Source of the DNA: Candidatus Undinarchaeota archaeon
GTDB lineage: Archaea > SpSt-1190 > JASMDC01
Length of the DNA: 64,000 bases
Assembly: GCA_964519305.1 (NCBI GenBank)
Contig: CAZFHY010000001.1
Location: 346,132 to 410,131 of the forward strand
Direction of reading: 5' to 3'
In this document: one piece after another, positions 27,190 to 36,777 of the stretch
Position numbering within the stretch: the first letter of the stretch is position 1
Layout: each line of letters begins with the position of its first letter
Made by a program: the position numbers and the translations under genes
Notes under the pieces: model-generated
Database searches by the model: none
What the model was told of the DNA's origin: nothing
The model's input: only the letters and a program-made list of their open reading frames with translations

Positions 27190-28260
27190 CTATTTTTTCG
27201 GGAAGTACTTAGCTATGTTGGCCTCAGTGAAACCAGCATCCAGGAGGGACGACCGGATCTTGTCCATGGGCATCCCCTGGTCCTTGCACTTAGATATGTA
27301 GTCGGCGATCTCATCGGCACCGCCGCTCCCCTCTTCCTCGTCCTGGAGGACGTCGGGGATCTCGGTGTGTCGGCAGATCTCGTCAGCAAGGTTGGTGACG
27401 ATGCGGTCCACGAACAGCGCGGCCAGCAGCATGAACAGCGAGAACCCGAACGTTGAGAACACCAGGCGCTCACCTGACACCTTCTTGCGACACTTGCGGT
27501 CCTTGTCATAGCAGAACTCGTCGACGCCGCATGCCTTGTCCTGGTCTTCCGGAGCAAGCTTCGAGGGATCTATACCAGGTACACAATCCTTGTCCGTCAC
27601 CACGTTGGCGGCGAAGGAATAGAACATCCCCACGACCACCAGCGCCAGACCGACGAACGCAACGACCGCGATTATCTGCTGTTGCTGACTGAACGCGTCC
27701 ATGGGGCCGTAGACTACGCCCCCGATCTTGTTGATGGTCTCAGCGGGTACGAAGGTGTGCACCAGGATGATGACCACCAGGAACACCAGTGCGAGCCCGG
27801 AGAACAGGCCCAGCCCCTCGCCCTCGCCCTGGCCGAGTGTCAGGATGAAGAACGTGAAGATAGCCAGGAACGTCAACAGACACAGGGTGCGCAGATAGAA
27901 GTTGTAATTGCGCAGTTTGCGCTCGAACTCCTCGTCCGCGGTCACCACCGTGAGCAGTCCCGACGCGGCCTCGGCCATGTCGCGGATCTCCGACAACGCC
28001 TTGGAGAGCAGTATACAGATTACCACCAGCAGGATCGCACCGATCGTTTGGAATGCAGATACTCCATAGAAGTCCTGGAACGGAGCGAACTTCAAGAAGA
28101 GGTAACCACCGATCGTCCAAACGATGAACGCAATGAGCAGGTTTATAATGAACTTCGGGAAGGAGTCCCATATCTCTCGCACGGACTCGACGAATATCTT
28201 ACCCGAGGTCACGCCCGCTTCGATGGCAAACTTGCCAATGGCGAAACGTCCCTTAACCAT
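27190..28260 (-). CDS. Hypothetical polytopic membrane protein
   Basis: About 6 TM helices and a small Cys-containing loop; ATG 28260 lies ~25 nt after TTTATATAA. Confidence 0.7.
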   Translation of the reverse strand: MVKGRFAIGKFAIEAGVTSGKIFVESVREIWDSFPKFIINLLIAFIVWTIGGYLFLKFAPFQDFYGVSAFQTIGAILLVVICILLSKALSEIRDMAEAASGLLTVVTADEEFERKLRNYNFYLRTLCLLTFLAIFTFFILTLGQGEGEGLGLFSGLALVFLVVIILVHTFVPAETINKIGGVVYGPMDAFSQQQQIIAVVAFVGLALVVVGMFYSFAANVVTDKDCVPGIDPSKLAPEDQDKACGVDEFCYDKDRKCRKKVSGERLVFSTFGFSLFMLLAALFVDRIVTNLADEICRHTEIPDVLQDEEEGSGGADEIADYISKCKDQGMPMDKIRSSLLDAGFTEANIAKYFPKK

Positions 28261-28319
28261 GGTGTCAAAGGATTGACTTAATCCTTTATATAAAAATGTG
28301 GCTCGCGACCACCTGCGCT

Positions 28320-28904
28320 CTACTTGACCTGCTTGAGCAGTCGTATGGATGCTATATTGATGGCAACCTGTAGGTTGGTCCATGCTTTCCCGATGTTCCC
28401 GTGATCGAGTGCCTCGAGCATCTTCTCCATGAACACTCTGATGTCATAGAGGTGGGGTCGCTCGTTGATGTTGAGCTCGATCTCCACCTCCAGGAGGGTC
28501 AGGATGAGGCTGATTGTGTGACGTACCTTGCGCATGGCCGCTCGCCGGGAATCGCCTTCCAGATCATCGATTATCTTGAGTAGGACGAATATCCAGCTCA
28601 GCCTGTCGAGGATGCGCATGTACTTGAGCACCTGTATGCGCCGGGGGAGAACCAGGTTATACTCCTTGTCGTCAGTGAGGACCACAACAGCATCTATGTC
28701 GATGCCCTCGTGACAGGAGCGGTCCAGAAGGGCCTCGACCTCACCGTCGGCCATGTGAGGGTACTCCGAGCCCAGCTTGCGCACGAAGATGACGTTGTCC
28801 ACAACGCGCACCTCCTCGGGTTTCATGCTCGAGCGTATCCGGTCAAGCGACTTCTTGGAGAAGCCACCGAACACTTCGTCCTCGGGGCTCACGGTCCCAC
28901 CCAC
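28320..28904 (-). CDS. Hypothetical protein
   Basis: Natural composition; overlaps the end of the upstream amidohydrolase. Confidence 0.65.
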   Translation of the reverse strand: MGGTVSPEDEVFGGFSKKSLDRIRSSMKPEEVRVVDNVIFVRKLGSEYPHMADGEVEALLDRSCHEGIDIDAVVVLTDDKEYNLVLPRRIQVLKYMRILDRLSWIFVLLKIIDDLEGDSRRAAMRKVRHTISLILTLLEVEIELNINERPHLYDIRVFMEKMLEALDHGNIGKAWTNLQVAINIASIRLLKQVK

Positions 28905-29698
28905 TCAAGGATGTTCTGGCCCAGGATCATGTCGATCTTTTCCTTTGGGAGATGGAGCGACAGGGCGATGTCCACGACCGCTTCCAGCGCTGATGCCATG
29001 TGCCCGTACGGTGTGTCGGAACCGAACACCACCCGGTCGGGGCCCACTGTGTAGATGAGCTCATAGATGTCATAGATGGGAGCGACCGAGGTGTCGAAGA
29101 GGATGTTGTGAGCGCCCTTGAGCGAATACACCACACGGACTATGTCCACGTACGCCCCGTGGGCAAGGATTATCTTGAGCTTCGGGAAGTCCTTGATTAT
29201 GTTGGTGAGGGCGTCACCTATCCGCATACGTCGCATGAGCCCGGTATGGATGATGATGGGGATGTCGTGCTCCTGGGCAGCATCGTAGATGTTGAACGCG
29301 ATCTCCTCATCGATGGAGAAGCTCTGGGCACGCGGGTGGAGCTTGATACCGCGGAAATCCTGGTCCAGTCGTTCCTGCATTTCCTTTCCGCACGCTGTGG
29401 AGTGGGGGTCCAGACGCATGAAAGGGATCAGACGGTCCCTATGGGAGTCGTACGCTTTAGCGATGATCTCGTTGGCCTTGTGGAAGCACCGTCCCGGCCC
29501 CGGCATGTTGAACGGGAACGCCACCGCCCGGTCCACCTTATGCTTGTTCATGGCACGGATGAGCTCCGGCATCGCCTGATGCATGCCGTCCTTGTCCTCC
29601 CCCAGGTGGGTGTGGCAGTCCACGATCAGTGTGTCGTCGAGGAGCTCCTCGTACACGATGCGCGGGTCCTTGCCGGGGAAGCAGTGGTATGGAGTCAT
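28889..29698 (-). CDS. Amidohydrolase_2 family protein
   Basis: DCHTH, GIKLHP, IIHTG, ILAHG, DTS and FGSDTP motifs. Confidence 0.9.
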   Translation of the reverse strand: MTPYHCFPGKDPRIVYEELLDDTLIVDCHTHLGEDKDGMHQAMPELIRAMNKHKVDRAVAFPFNMPGPGRCFHKANEIIAKAYDSHRDRLIPFMRLDPHSTACGKEMQERLDQDFRGIKLHPRAQSFSIDEEIAFNIYDAAQEHDIPIIIHTGLMRRMRIGDALTNIIKDFPKLKIILAHGAYVDIVRVVYSLKGAHNILFDTSVAPIYDIYELIYTVGPDRVVFGSDTPYGHMASALEAVVDIALSLHLPKEKIDMILGQNILEWVGP

Positions 29699-29845
29699 GC
29701 GTGCAGTGGAGGTTACGCTCTGACGATTAATGAAGTTTTGCTTCGCGCCCAGGGATGACGGGATTACTCCACCTGCCGGGGACAGAAGGTTTATATTCCG
29801 GCGACCCCGCTAGATATCGCTTGAGGGGACAGTGGTCCCCATGGG

Positions 29846-31039
29846 GTGTACGGGATGGATATTGAGAGCAGTGAGCGTACGATAGTGTTCTTCGACAGGT
29901 CCTACGGTGGTGACGCCACCGGGGAGCTCGAGTCCTACGGCATACAGGTGGAAGAGTCCTACGCCGGTCTGGGCGCCGCGGTCGTGACCGGGGCCGACGC
30001 GCGCGAGCTGGCCACCCTGCAGCTGGCGGGTGTGGTATCCAAATATGGCGAGGACCAGTCCGTCACAATCTCCGACGAGACCCGCGGTCCGTACAACGAC
30101 AGCGCTCACGGCCCCGGCAGCATCTCCCCCGACCCGTACGACACCGGCGACCAGCCCGAGGCGCGCGACGTCCCTAACGACTGGGGCTACCTCCGGGTGC
30201 GCTCGGCCCAGGCCAACGCAAAGGGTCTGGACGGAGCAGGAGTCAAGGTCGCAATATTCGACACCGGCATCGACGCGAATCACGAATACCTCAAGGACAA
30301 CTACGCCGGCTTCACCGACATTCCCTACGGTAAACCGGACCCGTACGACGACCACGGGCACGGCACCCATTGCGCGGGTACGGTCAAGACCGTCGCCCCC
30401 GAGGTCGAGCTCTATGGCTACAAGCTCCACATGTCACACGGCGCCAACCGCATCTCGGACATCCTCCGCGGACTGGACACCATAGTCCAGGACGGCATGG
30501 ACGTGGTGAACATGTCCTTCGGTCTGGACACGGACGAGGAGCGCGAGGGCTACTCCAAAGAAGAGGGTGACCGCATCCTCAATGAGGCGTGCTCGCGTGC
30601 CTACGACTCAGGCGTGTTCCTCGTGGCCGCTGCTGGTAACGACGGCCAGGCCGCCGATCCGGCCACCGGCCGCAGCAGGTCCGCACCAGCCTCCGGTCCG
30701 GACGTCTTCGCAGTGGGTGCCATGAGCAAGTACAACGACAAGCTGGCGTACTTCACCAACCTCGGGTTCGACATCTCGGCACCCGGTGCACGGATCCTCT
30801 CCTCGATCCCCGGGGACAGGTACGCCACGTGGGACGGCACGTCCATGGCCTGCCCGTTCGTGGTCGGTGCCGTTGCGGCCATCAAATCCAAGTACAGCGA
30901 CCTGTCCAACGACGAGATCAAGGACGTCCTCATCGCCTCGTCCGACGATGCGAGCTGCAACACCTACCGCCACGGGTTCCAGGAGTACAAGGTGCTCAAC
31001 CTCGAGGCGGCAGCCGACCTGCTCGAGGACGTCGAATAG
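29846..31039 (+). CDS. Subtilisin-like S8 serine peptidase
   Basis: FDTG, HGHGTHCAG, AAAGN and GTSMACP triad motifs; no signal peptide. Confidence 0.92.
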   Translation: MYGMDIESSERTIVFFDRSYGGDATGELESYGIQVEESYAGLGAAVVTGADARELATLQLAGVVSKYGEDQSVTISDETRGPYNDSAHGPGSISPDPYDTGDQPEARDVPNDWGYLRVRSAQANAKGLDGAGVKVAIFDTGIDANHEYLKDNYAGFTDIPYGKPDPYDDHGHGTHCAGTVKTVAPEVELYGYKLHMSHGANRISDILRGLDTIVQDGMDVVNMSFGLDTDEEREGYSKEEGDRILNEACSRAYDSGVFLVAAAGNDGQAADPATGRSRSAPASGPDVFAVGAMSKYNDKLAYFTNLGFDISAPGARILSSIPGDRYATWDGTSMACPFVVGAVAAIKSKYSDLSNDEIKDVLIASSDDASCNTYRHGFQEYKVLNLEAAADLLEDVE

Positions 31040-31109
31040 TCCGTGACAGAACGGCCCACGCCCCGTCCCCCGGGGAAGGGTTAAAAACGCCATCGCCAGC
31101 AGCGCCAGC

Positions 31110-32246
31110 ATGGTGGAGCTTGCAGGTGTCGAGCGCACTGTCGTGTTCTTGGAACAGGGTCATGATGCGTACGACCTCGCGTCCTATGGGATTACCGTCG
31201 AGGAGGCGTACACGTCACTGAACGCCGCCCTCGTATCACATGCTGACGACCAGGAGCTCGCTGATCTCCAGACCACGGGCGTCATCACCTGCTACGGCGA
31301 CGAGCGCGCGGTCACCATAACCCACAGTGATCAGCCCTATGAGCTCGCCACGGGTGTCGGACCGGAGGACGTGGCCCAGGACTGGGGCTACAAGCGCGTG
31401 CACGCCACCGAGGCGAACGCCCGGGGGCTCACCGGTGTCGGTGTGAAGGTGGGCATACTCGACACGGGGATCGACGCGTCACATCCTTACATCATCGACG
31501 CCTACCGCGGATTCACTGACCTGATCTACGATAAACCCGACCCGTACGATGACCACGGCCACGGCACTCACATCGCCGGTATCATCCACACAGTAGCTCC
31601 CGAGGCCGAGCTGTACAGCTACAAGGTCATCACGGGCAAGGGCGATGACGGGTTCTCGGTAGCGCTCCGCGCACTCGACAAGGCCGTCGCGGACGGAATG
31701 GACGTGGTCAACATGTCATTTGGGATGGAGACCGCAGAGGACTTTGAGGGACTGCCCAAGGCCGAGGTGGACCGCCTCGTCAATGAAGCGTGCTCACGGG
31801 TGTACGACGCGGGAGTGTTCCTCATAGCGTCCTCTGGCAACGCCCGGGAGATGGCCGATCCTGAGACGGGCCTTAGCAGGACGTCTCCCGGCTCCTGCCC
31901 CGACGTGTTCACCGTTGGCGCGTCCTGGGAGGACAATGACCGCCTTTACAACAACACGAACCTCGGATTCGACATAGTCGCGCCCGGGACAAGCATCCTC
32001 TCCTCGGTCCCCGGTGGCTACACCACCTGGACGGGCACTTCCATGTCCACGCCCATGGTGACCGGCGCCGTGGCAGCCATCAAGTCAAGGTACAACGACA
32101 TTTCAAACGATGATATCAAAGAGACGCTCCTGACCTCGGGCACCGAGGCCACGAGCAGCGTCCTCCGCCCCTGGCATAGCCTTACCGTCGAGTACAACGT
32201 GCTCGACCTCGAGTCCGCCGCCGACCTGCTCGATGAACGTGCATGA
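31110..32246 (+). CDS. Subtilisin-like S8 serine peptidase (tandem paralog)
   Basis: LDTG, HGHGTHIAG, ASSGN and GTSMSTP motifs; no signal peptide. Confidence 0.92.
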   Translation: MVELAGVERTVVFLEQGHDAYDLASYGITVEEAYTSLNAALVSHADDQELADLQTTGVITCYGDERAVTITHSDQPYELATGVGPEDVAQDWGYKRVHATEANARGLTGVGVKVGILDTGIDASHPYIIDAYRGFTDLIYDKPDPYDDHGHGTHIAGIIHTVAPEAELYSYKVITGKGDDGFSVALRALDKAVADGMDVVNMSFGMETAEDFEGLPKAEVDRLVNEACSRVYDAGVFLIASSGNAREMADPETGLSRTSPGSCPDVFTVGASWEDNDRLYNNTNLGFDIVAPGTSILSSVPGGYTTWTGTSMSTPMVTGAVAAIKSRYNDISNDDIKETLLTSGTEATSSVLRPWHSLTVEYNVLDLESAADLLDERA

Positions 32247-32265
32247 TTCACGGCCTTGTTGGACC

Positions 32266-32378
32266 GAGAAAGTTCGGGGGGCGGTGGTGGCAGCGAGGAA
32301 GCGTAAACAGGAATAGGCGGCGCTTCCCCTTCCCGCCCCCCAGGAGGGTGCGAGAACGGAGTTCCCGTTCCCCCCGTC
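32266..32378 (-). ncRNA. Putative small RNA, copy 1
   Basis: GAAAGGTATATAT BRE-TATA on - (32400-32412); 5' hairpin, GC stem, invariant GCUGCCACCACCGC, UUUCUC end. Confidence 0.7.
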
Positions 32379-32428
32379 CATTAATCAGTCGTGGGCGGGA
32401 TATATACCTTTCTAATCGATAGAATCGT

Positions 32429-32540
32429 GAGAAGGGGCCGGGGGGCGGTGGTGGCAGCCAAAGGGAAGGCCAAGCAGCACTATTGATTAGGTGAACCTTC
32501 CATCCCGTCCCCCGGGGGGAGAAAAGCACTCACTCTCCCC
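32429..32540 (-). ncRNA. Putative small RNA, copy 2
   Basis: GGAAGGTATAAAT BRE-TATA on - (32563-32575); same scaffold, motif at 32445-32458. Confidence 0.7.
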
Positions 32541-32604
32541 ATTATATCTAGTCATGCATGCCATTTATACCTTCCGTAGACGAGGTCCGGGCAGAAAGGA
32601 TGTG

Positions 32605-32710
32605 GAGAAAGAGGCCCGGGGGAGCGGTGGTGGCAGCCAAGGATGGTCAGAAAAAAACAGGGAACCCATCCTATGTCGTCCCCCCGGGAGGCGTGTTTGC
32701 CGTTTTCCTC
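32605..32710 (-). ncRNA. Putative small RNA, copy 3
   Basis: GTATATAT on - (32734-32741); same scaffold, motif at 32624-32637. Confidence 0.7.
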
Positions 32711-32761
32711 AAATTGGTCATGGCGTGGATGGCATATATACGTGCCGGACGTGAACTGCGC

Positions 32762-34876
32762 TCACCGTGCCCGTCCTCTGCGCGCGACGCACGCGGCCAG
32801 AGTGAGCTGGTGACCACCGGGTGCCAGGCGCCTGGCGAGCTCCTCGGCAGGGATCCCGAAGGGGGCCAGGAGAGTCCCCGCGCTCCGGAGGAGTAGGTCA
32901 GTGTACCGGTCGGGAGCGTATCCGTCGGCCTCGCCCGCGGGCACGGGCCGGCCCTCGGCACCCCACACGTACCGCACCTTCTGACCAGGAAGGAGCTCGA
33001 CGCCCTCGTCGCGCAATGCCGTTGCCACCACCGCCGTGGGCGAGCGGCCGCGGTAGTCTGAGCGGGACACCACCGTGCATACCTCCAGTTCATCGGACCG
33101 GACGTCACCGGACCGCACCCCTTCCACTGCCTGACGCAGCACCTCCACGGCACCGGGCAGGGCTTCGTGCACCGCGGCGAGATCGGGGCAGCCGGCGAGG
33201 ATGCCCAGGATGCGTGCCTGGAGCCGGCGCACCACCCCCGGCGCGTCCCTGCGTCGCGACTCGAGCCCACGCACCTTGAGCTCGCCGGTGACGTACCGAC
33301 CGAAGTAGCGGTTCGCCGCCGCGACCTCGGGGTGGAGACGCGAGGGGGAGAAGGCCAGCCATCCGTACACCCCCTCCAGCTCCAGTTCCACGTCCACGGC
33401 TCTACCGATGGCCGATGCCAGGCCGGCGAGCTCGTCATCCCGCCCCGCGAGAGTGCTCCCGTCCTCGTGCCGCAACCACAGGCAATCCACTATACCGTGC
33501 ACCACCGAGAACCCTGCCTCCTCGGCCATGCGAGCCGCGCGAACGAGCTTGTCACGACCGAAGGCGGTCACCGACTCGTGTGCCTCGATCCGGCCGAACC
33601 GGGCGTTGCGGTAGCCCAGGTACCCGAAGCATGTTACCAGCATCCATTTGAGCGACTGCTGGCGCCGCTCGTACCCCACGCGCTCCGCACCGCGCGTTGC
33701 CCGGGCCCGTCGCTTGTAGTGCCGCCGCCGCGCAAGCAGCGGAGCGATGGTCTCGGGCACCAGCCCGCGGCGCCTGCTGCAGAGATGATAGCCCAGCACG
33801 GGCACTGTCGCTACGCCATCGTCCCCGCAGCACGGGCACTGGACGGTCTCGGGCGAGATGTTGTGGTGGTCCATGATGGTGGGGTACATGGACGCGAAGT
33901 CCATCTCGGCCACCTGCTCCACGGCGCCCGGCACCGGCTCCAGCACCAGACCGCCCCGGTCCGCCTGTACCAGCTGCCAGGCGGTCTTGAACGCCTCGGG
34001 CTCGCCCTTGCGCCAGGGCACCAGCATATCGTGGCGCAGCGCCGTCGCCACCTCCATGGCGCTGATGGCAGTGCCCGGTGAGGTATGCGCCATGCGCTGA
34101 GGGGTGATACAGGATAGCCGGGACAGCTCGATGAGCCCCTCAAGCCCGCACCTGCGCACGAAGAAGGAATGGTCGCCGTCCACGTGCCATCGGCCGTGCA
34201 GTGTCTGGAACGGGGGCTTGTACACCACCCGCCCGTAGGATACGTAGGAACGCGCGCGCCGCCGCACGGCCTCCACAGGCTCACGGGATACCATATGGAT
34301 GTCAGCGCAGGGGCCGTGGGTTATCACCACGTCCGGGTCCCGTCCGATGCAGGCCGCGCGTGCGCTCCTTCCCCGGGACACCTCCACGACCTCGAGACGG
34401 GGCACCGAGTAGTCCATGGCATCGGCAGCGTCGCCGTCGAGCGTCACGTCACGCAACCGCCCGTCGTCGTCGGCAGTGAACCGCACCCGTGCCAGGGGGA
34501 ACAGCCCACGCTCGATGAGGAAACGCGTCTCGAGCGCCACGTCGCAGGTGCACACCTCGCCCGCCGTCCCCACGTCATCGCGGACCCGGGCCGCCGTCGC
34601 CTCCATCCGTGCCGGATCGGCGGGATGGACCTCTGCCACTGTGGCCTCATACCCGGACCACACGTCCGCGCGCCGTGCTGTCGCCACCCGGTCCACCCCG
34701 GGAAGCCGGCGCAGGCGGGGGAGGAGCCGGGCCAGGGGCTGTGTCCGCGGGAGCACGTAGAAGGGAGGACGGTAGGATGCTGCGAGGCGGACGGTACCTC
34801 CCTGCTCGCGCTTCACCCAGAGGGCGACCTCGCTCCCGTCGGCATGGACGTCAAGGACCCAACCCGTCCCCTGCAT
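32762..34876 (-). CDS. polB2: Family B DNA polymerase, PolB2 group
   Basis: DFASMYP, Q..LKW.LVTCFGY.GY, HGIVDC (variant of YGDTDS), NRYFG and KVRGLE.RRRD motifs; degenerate exonuclease domain. Confidence 0.9.
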   Translation of the reverse strand: MQGTGWVLDVHADGSEVALWVKREQGGTVRLAASYRPPFYVLPRTQPLARLLPRLRRLPGVDRVATARRADVWSGYEATVAEVHPADPARMEATAARVRDDVGTAGEVCTCDVALETRFLIERGLFPLARVRFTADDDGRLRDVTLDGDAADAMDYSVPRLEVVEVSRGRSARAACIGRDPDVVITHGPCADIHMVSREPVEAVRRRARSYVSYGRVVYKPPFQTLHGRWHVDGDHSFFVRRCGLEGLIELSRLSCITPQRMAHTSPGTAISAMEVATALRHDMLVPWRKGEPEAFKTAWQLVQADRGGLVLEPVPGAVEQVAEMDFASMYPTIMDHHNISPETVQCPCCGDDGVATVPVLGYHLCSRRRGLVPETIAPLLARRRHYKRRARATRGAERVGYERRQQSLKWMLVTCFGYLGYRNARFGRIEAHESVTAFGRDKLVRAARMAEEAGFSVVHGIVDCLWLRHEDGSTLAGRDDELAGLASAIGRAVDVELELEGVYGWLAFSPSRLHPEVAAANRYFGRYVTGELKVRGLESRRRDAPGVVRRLQARILGILAGCPDLAAVHEALPGAVEVLRQAVEGVRSGDVRSDELEVCTVVSRSDYRGRSPTAVVATALRDEGVELLPGQKVRYVWGAEGRPVPAGEADGYAPDRYTDLLLRSAGTLLAPFGIPAEELARRLAPGGHQLTLAACVARRGRAR

Positions 34877-35129
34877 CCTCGTCCACCTCCGCCAGACGCG
34901 CGGTCAGCCGCTCGAGCGCCTTCTGGTGCTCCAGGAGCACCGCAAGCATCACCGGCTCCATGGCGAGCGGGCTGGCCGCCATGGTGGCGGCAGCGGCGTG
35001 GCCCCGGGCCAGGTCGAACAGCCGGTCGAAGGCATCCCGGTCCGGTCGCCGCAGCCCGTCACGGAAGGGCCGCCAGCGCGCCTCCTCGGCGGCCAGCAGG
35101 TGGCGGAACGTGGCCACGGTCCGGCCCAT
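34851..35129 (-). CDS. Small helical PolB2-associated protein (arCOG07300-like)
   Basis: MGRTVATFR...W..FR..LR..DR..FD.L pattern, immediately upstream of polB2. Confidence 0.8.
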   Translation of the reverse strand: MGRTVATFRHLLAAEEARWRPFRDGLRRPDRDAFDRLFDLARGHAAAATMAASPLAMEPVMLAVLLEHQKALERLTARLAEVDEDAGDGLGP

Positions 35130-35130
35130 G

Positions 35131-35796
35131 TCAGGCACCACACACAGCCCAGGGAAAGGGATCAGGCGTCGCCGCCAGCGGCACCACCGGCCCCCCCTCC
35201 AGCTGGAGCCGCAGCCCTGGGAGCAGCTCAGCGCACGCTACGGCCCGCCGCCGGGCCAGACGCTCCAGATACCCCTCATGCTCCCGGTCCAGGGTGACCA
35301 GGCACGCGGCGTTCGCGTATCGCACCGCGCGGGCGAGGGCGTCCAGGGTACGGCGGAAGAGCGCAACGCCCTCCCGTGCGGGCACGTCTGTGAACGAACT
35401 GGTCAGCGACAGCACCGCTACCAGCCGCGCCCCGGTGATCGCCAGCTGCCGGGGCAGCCTCTCTGTCACGAGCCGGGCCAGCTGGTGACAGGTGAACGCC
35501 CGGGAGACGGTCACGGCCTCCAGCACCCTCCGCGGCGGCGCGCCCAGGTGCTGTGCCCATCGCGACAGGGCCGAGGGGTCGAAGCGGTTGCCGCCGTCGA
35601 CCACAACGGCCCGCACCTCCCCCCCGGGCGCGAGCGCCGCCCTGGCCAGTGCCAGGGACACGGGGAAGGAGGTGGGTCGGAGCACGGTGACCCGGCCGGG
35701 CGCCAGGGGAAGCGCCACTGCCTCTCGACGGACATCGGAGGGATCGGTCCGGTCCAGGAACGGCTGCCGGGCCCCGTGCTCCCATGGAAGCGCCAT
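35131..35796 (-). CDS. Degenerate RadA/RecA-like protein of the PolB2 operon
   Basis: VDGGNRFDP and SRAFTCHQL motifs; no Walker A; TTTATTGA on - about 25 nt upstream of ATG 35796. Confidence 0.8.
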   Translation of the reverse strand: MALPWEHGARQPFLDRTDPSDVRREAVALPLAPGRVTVLRPTSFPVSLALARAALAPGGEVRAVVVDGGNRFDPSALSRWAQHLGAPPRRVLEAVTVSRAFTCHQLARLVTERLPRQLAITGARLVAVLSLTSSFTDVPAREGVALFRRTLDALARAVRYANAACLVTLDREHEGYLERLARRRAVACAELLPGLRLQLEGGPVVPLAATPDPFPWAVCGA

Positions 35797-35972
35797 GGTA
35801 GAGATGAGCCGTTCATGGGTCAATAAAGCCGGCAGGCCGGCGTGCCGGTACTCGCGGTGTGTGAGCACACTCACTACCACACCTAACACGGTCTTTTTCA
35901 ACCGTCCCGGCGTCGTCCTCTCTGGTGGGATGGACGGTACGAAAGCGCTCGCTGCTCAAGGGGGTCACATCC

Positions 35973-36713
35973 ATGGACATCATCATGCTGGTGTGCGTCC
36001 CCCTGATACTGGTGGTCGTTTGGGTGGACGCCGCCGTGTCCGAGGAGCGCCCGGTGAGACCATCGAGACCGCCGCCGCCCACGGGATATACCAGGAACGA
36101 GAAGGTCATGCTCTCGATCCCGACGTCCATCAAGATGACCCGCCAGAACCGGCAGCGCGACATCACCATCGCGATCAACAACATCAATCCCGACGACACG
36201 TGCTTCTGCGTCTACCCACACCTGCTACACGTGGATGGTCCCGGCTCGCGGAACTACACCATCGACCGTAACTTCACGACGCTGGAGGCCCGGCGCGGGC
36301 CGCTCGACGAGAAGACGAGGAAAAGATTGAAGCGCTACCTTCCATCGGAATGCTGGGAGGGGGTAGCCTCCTGCAGCCCGAACACGTGGTTCACGGGCCC
36401 CGGCCATATCGAGATCAACTTGGAGGAGGCTAACGCGCTGAAGACGAGGTTCAGCATCCCCGCCGATCCGCTCAGGGCGCCCAACGGCAGGTACGCGTTC
36501 ACCGTCGACGTGTGCGAGTACCGTCCCCCCTGCCTGACGTGGGATATAGCGGACCCTACGTGGTGCATCGAGCCTGCGGCGTGGTGCGAGGCATGCGAGC
36601 CGGAGAGCTGCCGTCAGAAACCGGCGCGGGAGTGTAACGGGAAGGTAAAGGACGACTGCTACGAGTGGTACGACTCGGAGTCGTTCCACGTGCAGCTGAC
36701 CGCACCGGACTGA
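35973..36713 (+). CDS. Hypothetical Cys-rich membrane-anchored protein
   Basis: N-terminal TM helix and many Cys; start uncertain. Confidence 0.55.
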   Translation: MDIIMLVCVPLILVVVWVDAAVSEERPVRPSRPPPPTGYTRNEKVMLSIPTSIKMTRQNRQRDITIAINNINPDDTCFCVYPHLLHVDGPGSRNYTIDRNFTTLEARRGPLDEKTRKRLKRYLPSECWEGVASCSPNTWFTGPGHIEINLEEANALKTRFSIPADPLRAPNGRYAFTVDVCEYRPPCLTWDIADPTWCIEPAAWCEACEPESCRQKPARECNGKVKDDCYEWYDSESFHVQLTAPD

Positions 36714-36777
36714 GGGGCCCGCCTTCCGCTCAGTTTAAATCGGTGAACCCTGTCGTGACCGCTATGGAGGGTCGAGG

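Noticed and set aside
32266-32710. Mini-CRISPR, tRNA genes or a T-box
   Set aside because: The period is 164-179 bp with a TATA box per unit. There is no cloverleaf or T-loop. UGGUGG lies on the strand opposite the promoters.
32103-33438. ORFs overlapping the sRNA triplet (32103..32381, 32248..32529, 32491..32754, 32558..32896, 32671..33438)
   Set aside because: No peptide is conserved between units, several overlap real genes, and the composition is atypical.
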